A stretch of 59,803 bases of DNA from IMG/VR virus record IMGVR_UViG_3300008261_000020, positions 1 to 59,803 of that record; one strand, 5' to 3'. A model generated the notes under the pieces. That model was not told the origin of the DNA. It searched no databases and worked only from the letters and a program-made list of their open reading frames with translations. This DNA comes from a virus (Duplodnaviria; Caudoviricetes). Position numbers and translations under genes: made by a program. Shown here piece by piece: positions 11,101 to 20,648 of this stretch (positions are counted from its first letter, which is position 1; each line of letters begins with the position of its first letter).

Positions 11101-14100
11101 TCTTCTTCTACTTTATTTTGAGAAGACTTCATTCTGTCAGCCAACTCAAGGACCTGTGACTGTTCAGCATTTATTTCGTCAAGAATTTCATTTACATCCT
11201 TTATTACCTTCTGCTTTTCCTCAAGGGTCAACACTGCCTTTCTCTCACCAAACATGTTAACCAACTCGGAATACCTGTCGAAATATTTCTGAGGTATTAG
11301 TGTTGGATTAATTGAAAATAATTTCTGCAATGGGACCATTAAGCCATCTGCTATACCAATTTTAGATACTATGTTTTTCTTTGCAGACTTTAGCTTTGAA
11401 TTGACCTCACTTATTTTTTGTGCGTATTCAGCATCATTAAATACCTTGGTCATGTAGTCTACAAACTTAGACACAGATACTTCGTTTAACATATTAACCT
11501 TTCCAAACCTTGCAATAATATTTGCGGCTTGCTTAACGGTTATCTTTCCTGTGTCAGCCAATGCTTTTATCTCTTTAGCTAAATCATTAGCGGCATCCTT
11601 TGACAGCTTCCTTATCTCACTTATTATTTTTAACTTATCTTTCCTTGATACATTGGTTATGTCTTTTAACGCTCCAAGAATCCTACCGATAGATGGTGCA
11701 CGTCTTGGTGATACTCCCATCTTACCACGAGCCTCACGCTCCATTATCTTTTTCTGTGCGTCATTTGCGTTTTGGTATACCTCAGAGTTCCTGACCAACG
11801 TATCTACGTTGCTTGTCATCCTACTCTGCTCAGTACCTCTTGCTGTCTGACGTTGTATCATCTCATCAACCTTGCCCATCAGCTCGTTGAAACCATCTTG
11901 AATAGGAGCAATGTTTAGTATATCCTTAACTGAATCCTGAGAGATATTATTATCAGCAGCCACTTTCCTTATTGCATCACGCAACTTCATACCACCCTTG
12001 ACTAATACTTTTGCAGCTTTTATTACTACTTGAACTGTGCTTAATGGTATAGCAAGAAGAGCTTCATTGGCTCCACTCCTTAATCTTTTTGTAATAGCTT
12101 TATCAACACTATCAAGAAAGTTAAAGACAACATTCATATTGTCTTCATTAGATACATCTAAATCTAAGACTTCGTCAATGCTTTCCCCTCCGGCAATTCC
12201 TCTACCCAATTCGGTATCGACTGTTCCCAAAATTCCCTCGGAGCGTCCCCGTAAATTAGATAAAGAGCTAATCCTTTGTTTAGCACGTAATTCCGCTCCT
12301 TGGCGAATTGAGTCACTAATGATTTGAGTTGTAATTCCTCCTGACTTTCCCCACTCAGGGTCTCCACTTCTGTTTCTTGCAATGAGTTCTGTTGCTCTTT
12401 CATAAGCTGATTTTTTGCTTGTTCTTGATTCGGATATATAATCGAATATTTCTTTTTTCTTTGATTCTGTTCTGTTCTTGTCGTTAATACCAACACGCTG
12501 TGCTTCCCAAGTTATTGACTGCATTTCCCTTGGTAGTATTCCTGCTATTTCAGAAGCCCTTATGTAAGCTTCTTTTACCAATGCGTATGTCGGCTCAAGA
12601 CTTCCGTTAAATAAACCAAATCCGCCTGCATCATTTGCTGATATTGGAGAATTCAAAGCTGCAGATAAAGCGTGAGTGTCTGCAGTTACGTAAGGAGTTT
12701 TTGAATTAGGGTCTACAATATTATTATAAAAGTTTCTAACCTTATTGCCGTTGCCTAAGTTTTCGTTTATGTTATTTACATCACCGTTTCTAAAAATATT
12801 TATTGCTTTTGATATTTCAGCTTCTGAGTTCCATCTTACAGGTGTTTTATCAAATCCAATAAATGCACCTGTTGGGTCTGTCATTGCAACTTTTGGAGAA
12901 TTTAATGCTTGGTCAAATGCTCTTAATATAGCAGCCTGAGTAGCTGTACTTTGACCTAAATTATTTAATTCATTTATAGAGACCTCTCCATACTGTTTAA
13001 ACAAATCAGCTATATCATTTGCATACCCGCTTGGCTCACCACCTCTTGAGTTATACTCAACAGCTTTGTCAACAATATCTTGAGTCAACTTAGTGTCAGC
13101 ATATTTGGTCATTACCTCTATGGTTCTTTCAGCAACAGAAACATTATTAAACCAATCATTCTGAGGACTAAGTGCAGCTATTATACCACCAACCTGTTCT
13201 ACAGATATATTATATTTATTAGCAATTGCATTAGCCATTCTATTAGCACCGACATACCACTCTTTACTATTCTTTATAAATTCAGGAGTAAGTGTATCAT
13301 ACAATGCTAATAGATTCTGAGACATTACGTCAGTAAAATCAGACAATATTCTTTTAGCAACCTTGTTTATATCCTTTTTAATCTTTTGCTTTTGCTCTGT
13401 TGCCTGCTTGCTTGCTCCTTTTATATTTCTATACTCTTCCCTAAGTGAAGATATTTTCTGATACAATGACTTGTTTATATACGGCAGTTTAAATTCTATT
13501 TTCTGACCGTCTTTATTATAACTGATTTGACCTGATGCAAGATTTGCAGCCACACTTACAACACGACTATTAGGTGCGTGTTCATTATCAAAAATATCAT
13601 TAGCACTATAGTCTTCCTTATATCCTTTTTCTGTTTTTACTGTTGGATTATTCTGTCCTTTAACAACATTCTCTTGTCCTGTTAGTTTAACACCAACACC
13701 TTCCGCTTGAAGGTCAGAAACTATACCTTCTTTAGACCTGTTAATTGCTTCAGTTAATTTATCTTCAGGTATATTATTATCTTTTGCTACTTTTCTTATA
13801 GCATCCCGAAGAATCATTCCTCCTTTTACTAAAGCTCTTACTGCTTTAATAGCTATTTGTATTGTAGATAGTGGTATGGCAAGTAATGCATCATTAGCTC
13901 CACTACGAAGTCTTCTGCCTATTGCAGCATCCCCTCTGTCGAGTGCGTTTAATACCCTCTGCATATTATCCTCATTCTCTACATCCAAGTCAAGCATTGC
14001 GTCTATCGAAGCAATATCCTCTGCAGTCGGTCCTTCTTCAGGTACTGCAGGTGCCGTAGGTTTAGGCTTCTTGGCAGCAGCTTTCTCAGCAGCCTTGGCT

Positions 14101-17100
14101 TTCTTTGCAGCTTCCTTTTCAGCAGCCTTGGCTAATATTTTAGCTTCTCTGTCAAATTCTTTTTTTCTTATTTTATTTGCCTTTTCAATTAGTGCCTTCT
14201 GAGCCTCTGCCTTTGTATCAAAGTCTTGCCTACCAACCTCAGTTCCATTTTCATCTTCTGCGTTCCAACTAACGACACCATCCTCGTCAACAATTTTAAC
14301 CAAGTTACCAATTGAATTTCCATCCTCGTCATTCAATGAAACCGATAGCCTTGATATGTATTCGTACTCCCTTCCATTGTCGCCCGTCTTGAAATCCGTT
14401 TCATAATCTACAGCATTGTCCCTTGTAAACTTATCATGGCTTACACTCTCTTCAGTTATTGGCACGTACTGCTCCTCCTCAACAACAGGAGCAGCCTCTA
14501 CAACAGGAGCAGCCTCAACGACAGGAGCTTTGTATATTGTAAATTGGTCAAAGTCTTCTCCTCCACCCGGAGCTTCTTGATAATATTTAAAATCTATATT
14601 AGCTAACTTGTCTTTATATTGTCCTAATATTTGATTGACTACTTTATCTAAGTTTGATATTTTATCAAGTGGGATAGAATCACTAAGGTCAACTATGTCT
14701 CCCTGCTTAGTATACACAAACAATTCAAATCTCCTATTACCATTCCTTCTTCTTGGTATAGAACGAACAGCATCCTTTATTTTTTCTTTTATCTTATCTG
14801 AAATCTTAACAGGTCCTTGAGCTACAGCAGATGCAACCTCCTGTGTCTTTGAAGACACTGTTGGAGCTATACCAAATATAGTGTCAACATCTTTAACCAA
14901 TTGTGACTCTACATTATTTCGCTTATCACTATTGTATGCATTAATTAATTCTGTAATATTTGCAAATTGTGATAATGGGCTGTTCGGGTCTAACAGTGAT
15001 TTGATATTTGTCAAGGCATCTTGTTTGCTTGCCTGTTCTTCATTTGCCCTGCTGCCAAAAGTAAATCCAAAAAAGTCATTTAACTTTTTAATTGCCTTAT
15101 TTGCCTTTGCAGTTGATGTTCTTTTCTCGCTTGTTGTTTGACCAACAGGAGCTTGAGAATAAGCTGTAGTAAAGTTCTCTACTAAATCATTTAATTGAGT
15201 AGCCATCCCTTCGGGAACTTCCTGTGTCTTTGAAGACACTACGGGATTATCTTTGAGGTCTGCTTCCAAATCAGCAATGTCTTGCTTTAATGATTCTATT
15301 AAATCTTGTGATGACTTCTTTGCTTCTTCGGGACTTCTTCCTCTTTCAATATCATTTTTTTCAGACTCTCCTGACTCAACCCACTTAATCAAATCTTTAC
15401 TACTTTGTAATGCCGCAAGCCTTGGGTCTTGGTCATATAGTTCTTTGTATTGGTATCCATATTTTTCAGATGAAGCAGTCTCATCGTAAATAATATATTC
15501 CAAATTGTCCTTAGCCCTTATCTTATCTCTTCTTTGCCTAACAGTCTCATCAAAATCTTCTAAGGTTTTCTTGGCTTTATTATATTCTTCTATTGCAGCT
15601 TCAACATCATCAGCACTACCTATTCTTTTTTGTGCATAAAATACTTCATCAGAAAGTTTACTTCTTTGGTAATCCTCTTCTATTTTTTTATTTCTTAACT
15701 CCTCTCTTTCTTTTATCTTTACTTCTTCTTCCGGGGTGATGACTTCTTCGACACCTTCTGTGGTAGTGACTTGAGGTTCTGCTTGGGGTTTTCCTTCCTC
15801 CACTTCTTCGCTAACTCCGGCTCCTGACTGTACAGATACTTCACCTGCTGCTTGCTTTTGAATGGCATTTTCTTGTATGGTTTTAATTTGTGAACGAATA
15901 GCAGCAGCCTTATCCTTGCCTGACTGCGTTTTATTATTTTCAAATTTCTTTAACTCTTTCTCTAATTCAACAAGAGTATTTAAACTTTCTTCATCAATAT
16001 CGGGATTAGCTTCTTTAACTTCTTTCCTTATTTGATTAGTTACAACTACATCTTGTATTTTATTATTATAACCCTTGTTGTCATTCTTTATTTCAATATT
16101 CATTTTTGAAATATCATCAGGTGTGCCCACCCTTAATATCTCCTCAATGTCTGCTTCAGTTCTATTCTCTCCATTAACCTTATACACAGGCTTTTTCATA
16201 ACCTCTGACACAATATCAATAGCTGCTGATGGTGTCTCTGATATACCTTCAAGAGCAATCTCAGACACGTCTAATGGTTGACCTGCAACTATTCTACCTG
16301 CTGCCTCTCCAACTGAACCGCCTACTCCTTCTATACCACCACCTGCAAGACCTGCCTTTACTTTTGACGCAGCAGTATTTCCAAGCATTTTTGCACCAAC
16401 CTTTCCCGCAAGCCTACCTGTCATGGCATCTATTATACCAATAGTAGCACCTCTTGCTGCTGACTTAACTCTTATTTCAGATAATGCTTTATCATCCTCA
16501 AGTATTTTCTTTACGTTTTCTTCTGTAAAGTCAAGTCCTTTTTCGTTTAATTTATCCTGCAATAGTTCTGAAAATGTAAGACCTGTCTCAAGTGTTGTTC
16601 CGGCAGCAGCCATTGCATAAGGTGCAGATGCTATAGCTGCAGGTGCCGCTCCTGCTCCTCCAAACAGTGCTCCTCCTGCTGCAGCTCCACCAACAACCGT
16701 ACCTGCAGATGCTAATGATGTTGGGTTTACCATTGCAGTATATGAACTCATAATAAGTTCAGGTATGGCTCCGGGATTTTTAACCAATCCTTTAAGCACA
16801 CCAAATATACCTTTACCTTCCTCCTCATAAATCTTTTGATAATTCATCATCTCATCAGAAGGTCCTGCGTTTTGCATTGCCTTAGATGCTGTGACAAATT
16901 TTTGTATTGTTTCAGGAGATGCATACTTGCCACTAACCATTAATTGATTTGATGGAGTAACAACAGCACCTTGCCTTCTTCCTGCGTCTACCGCCCTACC
17001 CATATCATCAATAAAGTCTCCAACTCCAAATGGTGATACCAAGTCCATTACTTCTAATGCAGCACCAAATTTTCCCGTAAAGAATGGCTTTTCTTTTGGA

Positions 17101-17435
17101 GTCTCGTCTATTGGGGCAACAGGCTTAGTAGGTTCGGGTGATACCGATGGACCAACTGCCGAAGGAAATTCCGTAAAATCTTGTACTTTTTCTGCGGGTA
17201 GTGGACCGACTTTTTTTTTAACAGGCTCTTCTACTGCAGGTGCTGCTTGAGACAGACCCATCAGTGCCTTATAATCTTCAATAGGTTTCTTGTATCCGTT
17301 CTGTACAAATAGATTGTATGAGTCATCTAAAGCCTGCGTGTTTGAGGCAATTAGTTTTTTGAATTCATCTATCGACTTGTTGTACCCGTTCTGTACAAAA
17401 AGATTATATGAGTCTTGTATCGCCTGTTCGTTCAT
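8193..17435 (-). CDS. Giant internal virion/ejection protein (3080 aa), multidomain
   Basis: Position at the end of the virion module; Gly/Ala-rich hydrophobic segments; internal repeats; embedded HhH-like domain. Confidence 0.7.
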   Translation of the reverse strand: MNEQAIQDSYNLFVQNGYNKSIDEFKKLIASNTQALDDSYNLFVQNGYKKPIEDYKALMGLSQAAPAVEEPVKKKVGPLPAEKVQDFTEFPSAVGPSVSPEPTKPVAPIDETPKEKPFFTGKFGAALEVMDLVSPFGVGDFIDDMGRAVDAGRRQGAVVTPSNQLMVSGKYASPETIQKFVTASKAMQNAGPSDEMMNYQKIYEEEGKGIFGVLKGLVKNPGAIPELIMSSYTAMVNPTSLASAGTVVGGAAAGGALFGGAGAAPAAIASAPYAMAAAGTTLETGLTFSELLQDKLNEKGLDFTEENVKKILEDDKALSEIRVKSAARGATIGIIDAMTGRLAGKVGAKMLGNTAASKVKAGLAGGGIEGVGGSVGEAAGRIVAGQPLDVSEIALEGISETPSAAIDIVSEVMKKPVYKVNGENRTEADIEEILRVGTPDDISKMNIEIKNDNKGYNNKIQDVVVTNQIRKEVKEANPDIDEESLNTLVELEKELKKFENNKTQSGKDKAAAIRSQIKTIQENAIQKQAAGEVSVQSGAGVSEEVEEGKPQAEPQVTTTEGVEEVITPEEEVKIKEREELRNKKIEEDYQRSKLSDEVFYAQKRIGSADDVEAAIEEYNKAKKTLEDFDETVRQRRDKIRAKDNLEYIIYDETASSEKYGYQYKELYDQDPRLAALQSSKDLIKWVESGESEKNDIERGRSPEEAKKSSQDLIESLKQDIADLEADLKDNPVVSSKTQEVPEGMATQLNDLVENFTTAYSQAPVGQTTSEKRTSTAKANKAIKKLNDFFGFTFGSRANEEQASKQDALTNIKSLLDPNSPLSQFANITELINAYNSDKRNNVESQLVKDVDTIFGIAPTVSSKTQEVASAVAQGPVKISDKIKEKIKDAVRSIPRRRNGNRRFELFVYTKQGDIVDLSDSIPLDKISNLDKVVNQILGQYKDKLANIDFKYYQEAPGGGEDFDQFTIYKAPVVEAAPVVEAAPVVEEEQYVPITEESVSHDKFTRDNAVDYETDFKTGDNGREYEYISRLSVSLNDEDGNSIGNLVKIVDEDGVVSWNAEDENGTEVGRQDFDTKAEAQKALIEKANKIRKKEFDREAKILAKAAEKEAAKKAKAAEKAAAKKPKPTAPAVPEEGPTAEDIASIDAMLDLDVENEDNMQRVLNALDRGDAAIGRRLRSGANDALLAIPLSTIQIAIKAVRALVKGGMILRDAIRKVAKDNNIPEDKLTEAINRSKEGIVSDLQAEGVGVKLTGQENVVKGQNNPTVKTEKGYKEDYSANDIFDNEHAPNSRVVSVAANLASGQISYNKDGQKIEFKLPYINKSLYQKISSLREEYRNIKGASKQATEQKQKIKKDINKVAKRILSDFTDVMSQNLLALYDTLTPEFIKNSKEWYVGANRMANAIANKYNISVEQVGGIIAALSPQNDWFNNVSVAERTIEVMTKYADTKLTQDIVDKAVEYNSRGGEPSGYANDIADLFKQYGEVSINELNNLGQSTATQAAILRAFDQALNSPKVAMTDPTGAFIGFDKTPVRWNSEAEISKAINIFRNGDVNNINENLGNGNKVRNFYNNIVDPNSKTPYVTADTHALSAALNSPISANDAGGFGLFNGSLEPTYALVKEAYIRASEIAGILPREMQSITWEAQRVGINDKNRTESKKKEIFDYISESRTSKKSAYERATELIARNRSGDPEWGKSGGITTQIISDSIRQGAELRAKQRISSLSNLRGRSEGILGTVDTELGRGIAGGESIDEVLDLDVSNEDNMNVVFNFLDSVDKAITKRLRSGANEALLAIPLSTVQVVIKAAKVLVKGGMKLRDAIRKVAADNNISQDSVKDILNIAPIQDGFNELMGKVDEMIQRQTARGTEQSRMTSNVDTLVRNSEVYQNANDAQKKIMEREARGKMGVSPRRAPSIGRILGALKDITNVSRKDKLKIISEIRKLSKDAANDLAKEIKALADTGKITVKQAANIIARFGKVNMLNEVSVSKFVDYMTKVFNDAEYAQKISEVNSKLKSAKKNIVSKIGIADGLMVPLQKLFSINPTLIPQKYFDRYSELVNMFGERKAVLTLEEKQKVIKDVNEILDEINAEQSQVLELADRMKSSQNKVEEDGKLDYSKTVKSMLDNKEIDEKEADVMMKYQEEVSEEVEPEQESTEEEKQNVIKQINSSKINADDLPTKDERDLAKNLSKLLNSKNLNRLSVRELNNLLKVIDNINNGYIPHYAQLLYERITALDNSAVLDKAISNAKPIPFSNLYARFKSLFTKNKNFSELIRRNPLYYIDQVFGNFNTKEIFNSLFEKAAEAQAKFAFSEKQIAKRLKEAELKVAKSFNMNANKTTMSKYKMMAYLLQREFESNPNNKQVNPASKFLESTIDHIENGKSSFTERDVEMLREIQEKYSNADGQIDAKKLYDSFNSAEKSAIKEISDINDSMRDKAVYTSAIIRGDKISPLTDYVHHYALLDDSQQEDITGASSLNTYSNTLRPSTRAKSLLTRTGKATPLNFDVFAATQRGAKFVLMDYYLTEPIRTARKTINETSRLLKERKADKKQRDIFNAISGAFDEATENLLTNAFMSTSLADDVVDYISKQGYRAVLASIPRFASELTSNVAFATIVAPKDFSTGASMKKFIFSSDAAKAVFNLNSKQMNRLFPNHTLSGKMIDTSVMSDAVGVKGSRAKNDVANKIQQIYNLSLGKYTNAVELTADALISTPDKITMRPVWFGAFTNEFKNLTGTNPDFDKIANNDEAYMSENKENLEKATLVADKKSVLMGATDNAFMGILKGTSKPNQSGFIRAFNRFNNFMTTFLIYEYVTARTGIMAAMKGGQISRKQGVALLGGVTARMVLYTLLVNVLGSAMTGLFVDDEEEDEKSFYQKIGQALASAFSSMILGRDFGNVTKTLVNYGVEKVNQEYLDFLREGEYDPYKDAIQYSVLPIDKQGKPEQILFNMMGPFSPSAKTAYLIAKKALEKPKEEEEAIERSEKEKNIRVPLEFFGNIGMVPLYKDIHKIVNAELYKDLEKTKGTGGKGSSMSKEDMKKYFPDMYNDLYGPGGSLYDVEQMKKEINREQEKIKKQIKEDMYR
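14843..14858. repeat. Dispersed palindrome GTGTCTTTGAAGACAC
   Basis: Exact motif in the giant gene (VSSKT). Confidence 0.9.
15224..15239. repeat. Dispersed palindrome GTGTCTTTGAAGACAC
   Basis: Exact motif in the giant gene (VSSKT). Confidence 0.9.
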
Positions 17436-17439
17436 TATT

Positions 17440-17447
17440 CAAATTTA
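17440..17447 (-). promoter_or_regulatory. Bacteroidota -7 promoter element TAAATTTG
   Basis: TAnnTTTG immediately upstream of the giant gene start. Confidence 0.45.
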
Positions 17448-17451
17448 AGAA

Positions 17452-19338
17452 TTAATAACCACTAATTCTGTTCTTTATACCTGCATCTTGTTTATTAGAA
17501 GATGATTTACTTTGTTCATCAAATACCCCTGTCTTCATAAGATTGCTTAAGAAAAATGCCTTGTCTTCCATTTTTGCTCCCGGTATATTTGAAAGTAAGA
17601 ATCCTCTAACTTGTTCTAAAGCATTAGGACTTTCAATATCTATCTTATCAGACTTTACACCATCTTTATTTTTAATAACAATATATTCTCCTGATGGGTC
17701 GTATGGTGAACTTACGCTAAATCCTATTGCTTTTAACTTTGGTGCTAAATCCTTTACAGCAGTTTCTTCATCTGTAGTTGAAAAAGACGGTATATTTTCA
17801 GCTACATATTTACCATAAAGTGCACTCGGGTCTTGTGTTCCCGCACGACCTCCACTTATTCCCTCCCAATCAATTCCTTGATTTCCAAATATATCTTTAG
17901 AAAATCTTGAGTATTTTCTTGTGTCGGTAATACCATGTAGCTCTGTTCCAAATGCAGCCCATTCATCTCCTGATACGGTGCGACCTGTCTCATCGTCAAT
18001 AATTTTAAACTCTCTATTTTTAGCCTTATCAGCATATATGAGTTTTACACTTTTACCATCCTTAGTATCAATGTCAATTAAACCTTGAGCTATTGCACGT
18101 GGAGAACCAAGTATACCTTGTTTAGCTGCTGACTTGCCACCTGTTGTTGTAGCTGAATAGAATTGCTGCCAAAGATTAAGTGCATCTTCCTGTTCTTTTT
18201 CCTTGTCTCCTCTCTCATATAAAAATGATGGAGCATATTCCTTACGTGGTTGGAAGAATGGCTCGACCTCAGTCTTCTGCTCAAGCATGCCACGCAATTT
18301 ATTTTTGGTATATTCTTCAGCGTTTTTATATTGCTCTCTACCATTTTCGGTAGACTCAAAGTCAGGCTGAAATATTCCCTTCTTATATGTCCAAAGAACA
18401 AAGTGAGAGCTTGAAGCAGCCTCAGTTTCGTCAGTAGTTACCTGATATGCCTTGCCTGTCTTAGGGTCAACACCACCTGCCCAATCAAAAAGAACTGAAG
18501 ATATATTAAAAGGGTTTGATAATTGAGCTTGCACTATTTTATTCTCAAGACCAATATATGCGTCAACAGCTTGCTGCCCTTCTTGTGCTAACCCTTTCCT
18601 AAGTGTTGGGTCAGTATATTTAGTTAAAAATCCTGCCTGAGTAGAACTACCTGTTTTGCTTACAAATTCTTTAACCACATCTCCCATCAACTTAGACTCA
18701 GCTTCTAATTGGTCATTAAGCTGATACTTATTAATTTTTTCTTTTATTCTATTTCTAAGTTGGTTTACAGTCATATAGTTATTAGAACCCTCAGCAAGAA
18801 CCCTAACACCATCTTTTCCCGTTGTCATCTTACCAACATTGATAGCACCCGTTGTTGGGTTTATTAATGCCTTTGTTTCATTAAGATTAGCAAACCCTTC
18901 AACCATTGCCATGAATTGAGTTTCAGACCCTGAAGAGATTCCATCTGCTCTTCTTTTTTGTTTCTCATCATATTCAGCTTGATATTCTTTGGCAAGATTG
19001 AAAAGATTCTTTGTGCCATCCACTGTGTTTTGACGAATTAAAGCATAGTCTTTTTCTTTTAACTTTCCTGACTTAAACAGTCTGTCAGTCATAAGTCTAT
19101 AGCTTTGCATATCACCTGAAAAGTCAGTCGTCCACTTGTTTACATCATCAGCATTTCCTTGTGGAGCATTTTCTAATTCTTCACCAAACTTACGAGATGC
19201 CTCATCGAGAGCTGCTTTCTTTTTTTCACGTGTCTCTACCTCTTTACTGAGCATGTCAGTAATATCCTTCCCAACTTGGAACCAATTTATTTGGCTATCA
19301 GCCTCCCGCTCAGCATATTTATAAAAAGTTCTTGCCAT
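17452..19338 (-). CDS. Putative internal virion protein
   Basis: 628-aa ORF between ejection-like genes. Confidence 0.55.
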   Translation of the reverse strand: MARTFYKYAEREADSQINWFQVGKDITDMLSKEVETREKKKAALDEASRKFGEELENAPQGNADDVNKWTTDFSGDMQSYRLMTDRLFKSGKLKEKDYALIRQNTVDGTKNLFNLAKEYQAEYDEKQKRRADGISSGSETQFMAMVEGFANLNETKALINPTTGAINVGKMTTGKDGVRVLAEGSNNYMTVNQLRNRIKEKINKYQLNDQLEAESKLMGDVVKEFVSKTGSSTQAGFLTKYTDPTLRKGLAQEGQQAVDAYIGLENKIVQAQLSNPFNISSVLFDWAGGVDPKTGKAYQVTTDETEAASSSHFVLWTYKKGIFQPDFESTENGREQYKNAEEYTKNKLRGMLEQKTEVEPFFQPRKEYAPSFLYERGDKEKEQEDALNLWQQFYSATTTGGKSAAKQGILGSPRAIAQGLIDIDTKDGKSVKLIYADKAKNREFKIIDDETGRTVSGDEWAAFGTELHGITDTRKYSRFSKDIFGNQGIDWEGISGGRAGTQDPSALYGKYVAENIPSFSTTDEETAVKDLAPKLKAIGFSVSSPYDPSGEYIVIKNKDGVKSDKIDIESPNALEQVRGFLLSNIPGAKMEDKAFFLSNLMKTGVFDEQSKSSSNKQDAGIKNRISGY

Positions 19339-19349
19339 TTATTTTTTAT

Positions 19350-20228
19350 TTATTGAGGTCCATAGTTAGTTTCAAATGGAGCTACTTGAAATGGATTTAT
19401 TGAGAATGGTGATATTTGTCCTGCAGAACCAAATCCTGCTTGATTCATTGCTCTTAGGTTACCAACATCTTGCTTAATCATGTAGTCTTGGAACTGCATT
19501 GGATTCATAGCACCAACACCTGACATGTCAATACCAAACCCATTAATTTTTGACATAGCTTGTTGAAAGCTTAATGGATTGCCACTTGCGTCTTTAAATT
19601 GTGAACCCAATGTTCCTTCTTTTATAGCCCTATTATACCCCTTTTCAAGATTACCAAATTGCCTTGTGCCTGCTGTCTTTTGGTACAGTGGGACAAGGTT
19701 CATTACTTGCTGACCTATACTTGCAACACCTTGTATGCCTTGAGTTGTTGCAGCAGCAGAAGCTTTTTGAGCTTGAGCCGCAGCATCCTGAGCACCTGCT
19801 ACCTCTGTCAAGTTAATGCCTACTCCCATATCCCTCAACCTGCTCTCTTCTTGTGCTGTCAACTTTTCAAGTCCAAGCAATTCTTGACCCATTGCAGAAG
19901 CGATTTGTCTTTGTGCTTCATTCTGAGCCATCTGAACACGACCTGCTGTAGCAGCAATACCACGCTCGCTTTCTTTTCCCGCCTCAATAAGCTGTGCTCC
20001 TGAAGAAAGTGCAGCTTCACGCTCAAGCTCATACGGTTCTTTTTGAATACCTAATTGCTCATAATAGTTCACATCAAGCTTTTTCTTTGCTTCTGCCAAT
20101 GCTCTTTCTGCATCACTCTCAGCTTCACGCATAAGTTTATTTTGCTTAGATGCTTGAGCAAAAGACATTCCCGTAGTTGCTGCTGTTGTTGTAAGACCTA
20201 TTACTGCGGCTGTTGTTGCAAATCCCAT
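19350..20228 (-). CDS. Putative small ejection/internal virion protein
   Basis: Ala/Thr/Gly-rich N-terminus followed by coiled coil, as in podovirus pilot proteins. Confidence 0.55.
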   Translation of the reverse strand: MGFATTAAVIGLTTTAATTGMSFAQASKQNKLMREAESDAERALAEAKKKLDVNYYEQLGIQKEPYELEREAALSSGAQLIEAGKESERGIAATAGRVQMAQNEAQRQIASAMGQELLGLEKLTAQEESRLRDMGVGINLTEVAGAQDAAAQAQKASAAATTQGIQGVASIGQQVMNLVPLYQKTAGTRQFGNLEKGYNRAIKEGTLGSQFKDASGNPLSFQQAMSKINGFGIDMSGVGAMNPMQFQDYMIKQDVGNLRAMNQAGFGSAGQISPFSINPFQVAPFETNYGPQ

Positions 20229-20229
20229 A

Positions 20230-20637
20230 TTATAATACTTTTATCATTTCTCCTGTATACTCATCGCCCTTTATGTACCCTAATTCTTCGTAGGTACCTA
20301 TCAGACTTTTGTTTTTAATTAAAGCATAACTATATTTATGCCCTGTATTTCTACATATATTGGTCAACTTGTTGACCAATAATGATATAGCTTCCTTTCT
20401 ATTGCCACCCCTGTATTCCTTATTGGATATAATCCAATCTACCCATGCCACCTTTGAGTTGGTGGTATATATAAACCCCGCACATATAGGCTCCTCACCT
20501 TCAAAAACTATTATACCACCCTTGCCGTCATCAGGGAGAAAGTCTCTTTGTGGAGGTTCCCATCCCCAATCTTTCCACCATCCTACAAGAATGGTATCGT
20601 AATCGGTTTCGTTTAATGGTCGTATATTAAATTCCAT
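20230..20637 (-). CDS. GNAT-fold acetyltransferase-like protein
   Basis: FNIRPL...ICAGF...YEELGY pattern; start moved to MEFNIR downstream of TAATTTTG (20644-20651). Confidence 0.6.
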   Translation of the reverse strand: MEFNIRPLNETDYDTILVGWWKDWGWEPPQRDFLPDDGKGGIIVFEGEEPICAGFIYTTNSKVAWVDWIISNKEYRGGNRKEAISLLVNKLTNICRNTGHKYSYALIKNKSLIGTYEELGYIKGDEYTGEMIKVL

Positions 20638-20648
20638 TCTATACAAAA

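Noticed and set aside
8193-17435. Virion RNA polymerase, as in crAss-like or N4-like phages
   Set aside because: I found no DxDxD-type (e.g. DFDID) or T7-type polymerase catalytic motif in the translation; a profile search would be needed to exclude it fully.
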